24,000 nucleotides of DNA, taken from the NCBI GenBank assembly GCA_002279065.1, contig NCKB01000005.1, positions 280,727 to 304,726 of the forward strand, read 5' to 3'. The translations under genes were made by a program, and so were the position numbers. Under the pieces are notes generated by a model, which saw only the letters and a list, made by a program, of their open reading frames with translations, had not been told where the DNA came from and did no database searches. Below are positions 22,737 through 24,000 of this stretch, in pieces. This DNA is from Lysobacterales bacterium 15-68-25. GTDB taxonomy: Bacteria; Pseudomonadota; Gammaproteobacteria; Xanthomonadales; Rhodanobacteraceae. Position 1 is the stretch's first letter; every line of letters begins with the position of its first letter.

Positions 22737-24000
22737 ATGCCGAATCCGACAGGGGGGATGACGGCATCGGTGGGATTCTTCGGCAAGTTGCCGGGCGCCG
22801 GGGATTTCGTGCAACGGCGGTTGCCCGGCGATTTCGTCGAGCGCTGGGACCGGCACTTCGAACATGCCGTGGCGGCCAGCCGCGAGCGGCTCGGCGCGAG
22901 CTGGCAGGAGCGCTGGTTCGCCAGCCCGGCCTGGCGCTTCGTGCTGGCGCCCGGTGTCTGCGGCGAGTCGGCGTGGGCGGGCGTGATGGCGCCGGCCGCC
23001 GACCGGGTGGGGCGCTGCTTTCCGATGGTGATGGCGGCACCGCTCGGCAATGATCCGGCGGCCTGCACGCGCACGCTGCGCGAGGCCCAGCGCTGGTTCG
23101 ACGTGCTGGAAGTCGCGCACGCCGAGGCGCGTCGGCAGGGTTGGGGCGCGGATGCGTTCGATGCCCGTCTGGCGGCGCTGCCTGGACCGCAGGGAGTCAC
23201 CCGCAGCGACCCGGCCGCGGCGCTGGCCGGCATCGACTGGCGCGGCGCCGCCCAGTGGCGCATGCCGCTGCGAGTGCACGGGCACGACGAGCGCTTCCTC
23301 GAAACGCTGTGGTCGCAACTGCTCGCGAACGGGCCGGGCTGGTGCCTGTGGTGGACCCACGGCGCCGCCATGGTGCCGGCCAGCGCGATGGCCACGCATG
23401 GCTTGCCGTTGCCCACCGGGTTCGCGGCCTTTCTCGACGCCGGGCAGGGGGACGACGCCTGGTGCACGCTGCGTGCGTTCGCGCCGGGGGCCGCCATGGG
23501 CCAGGTGCCGGTGGCATCCGCTCCTGCGCCCGCTCCCGCCCCCGCATCCGTGGTGGCACCTGCGGTGCCGCCCCCCGCGGCACCGGCGCCGGTCGACCGC
23601 GATACCACGGCTTCGCGGGTGCTGGCTGGCCATGCCGTGCACGTACCCGATGACGTGACGGTGCCAGGCTTTGGCCGGGGCTCACCCGCGGCCTCGCCAG
23701 CGCCCGCCGCCGAGCCATCGGCGGAGGCCGCCGGGGCTTCGCCTGTGCGCGATGCGGTCTATCGCGGTGCCGACGGGGCGCTGACCGTGCTTGCCGCGGA
23801 CGACGGCGCACACGACCCCCGTTGCCGGGCCGCGGCCACCGCCCAGGCGGTCGCCGCCGCGATGGCGTCCGGCGAGTTTTCCGGCGGCATGCACCTGTTG
23901 CGCGAGCGGTTGCTGGCACGCCATCCGGCGCTGCAGGCATCGAGCGAGGACCTGATCGACCCGGTGATGGAAGACGCCGCCGTGGTCGCGCTGCACACCA
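22737..24000 (+). CDS. tagF: TagF (DUF2094-type T6SS regulator) with long C-terminal extension, 3' end outside the window
   Basis: This ORF is not in the track because it has no stop in the window. My translation from ATG 22737, 4 nt after the tssM stop, is MPNPTGGMTASVGFFGKLPGAGDFVQRRLPGDFVERWDRHFEHAVAASRERLG...WRFVLAPGVCGESAWAGVMAPAADRVGRCFPMVMAAPLG. This contains the TagF hallmark GFFGKLPxxGDFVxRxLP. The frame stays open to base 24000. It passes through a Pro/Ala linker into a further domain (...AVYRGADGALTVLAADDGAHDP...). Confidence 0.85.
   Translation, partial: MPNPTGGMTASVGFFGKLPGAGDFVQRRLPGDFVERWDRHFEHAVAASRERLGASWQERWFASPAWRFVLAPGVCGESAWAGVMAPAADRVGRCFPMVMAAPLGNDPAACTRTLREAQRWFDVLEVAHAEARRQGWGADAFDARLAALPGPQGVTRSDPAAALAGIDWRGAAQWRMPLRVHGHDERFLETLWSQLLANGPGWCLWWTHGAAMVPASAMATHGLPLPTGFAAFLDAGQGDDAWCTLRAFAPGAAMGQVPVASAPAPAPAPASVVAPAVPPPAAPAPVDRDTTASRVLAGHAVHVPDDVTVPGFGRGSPAASPAPAAEPSAEAAGASPVRDAVYRGADGALTVLAADDGAHDPRCRAAATAQAVAAAMASGEFSGGMHLLRERLLARHPALQASSEDLIDPVMEDAAVVALHT

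Noticed and set aside
1-24000. A search for tRNA/rRNA genes, CRISPR arrays, IS elements, integrases or terminal inverted repeats that would explain the island as a mobile element.
   Set aside because: I found no regularly spaced repeats, no transposase or integrase-like ORF and no cloverleaf-like segment. The only periodic nucleotide patterns are the vgrG beta-helix repeats (about 13840-14340) and the Pro/Ala codon tracts, both explained by the proteins they encode.

Overview
This window is a single-orientation (all plus strand), high-GC type VI secretion system (T6SS) cluster. The source is probably a gamma- or betaproteobacterium, but that taxonomy is a guess from composition and gene style. 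The gene order is: tssE (5' partial), tssF, tssG, clpV/tssH, then a ~4.6 kb lower-GC accessory island, then PAAR, a TPR/SAM-methyltransferase fusion, vgrG, an unknown 179-aa protein, tagH (FHA), tssK, tssL (OmpA-fused), tssM and tagF (3' partial, with a long C-terminal extension).

The core genes are recognisable from their translated motifs and are tightly packed, with 4-25 nt gaps and one 37-nt overlap. The most interesting part is the island at 5972-10579. It carries 5-6 genes with no T6SS core function, no signal peptides and no known T6SS loading domains:
- an aspzincin/M35-like HExxH metallopeptidase;
- an unknown Trp-rich 249-aa protein;
- a deaminase-fold protein (HAE...SKxxCxxC) with an N-terminal CCHC knuckle and an Arg/Glu-rich helix;
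- a ~620 bp unannotated stretch with a strong coding-like GC3 signal;
- a 167-aa protein with a CheD-like Cys-x15-His arrangement;
- an unknown 145-aa protein.

I read the island as a candidate set of uncharacterised T6SS cargo effectors and immunity genes. The deaminase-fold gene is the top lead. The TPR-methyltransferase wedged between PAAR and vgrG is a second lead.

I saw no rRNA, tRNA, CRISPR array, transposase or integrase. hcp, tssA, tssB, tssC, tssJ and ppkA are not in the window. The many long antisense or out-of-frame ORFs in the track are GC-driven shadow ORFs.
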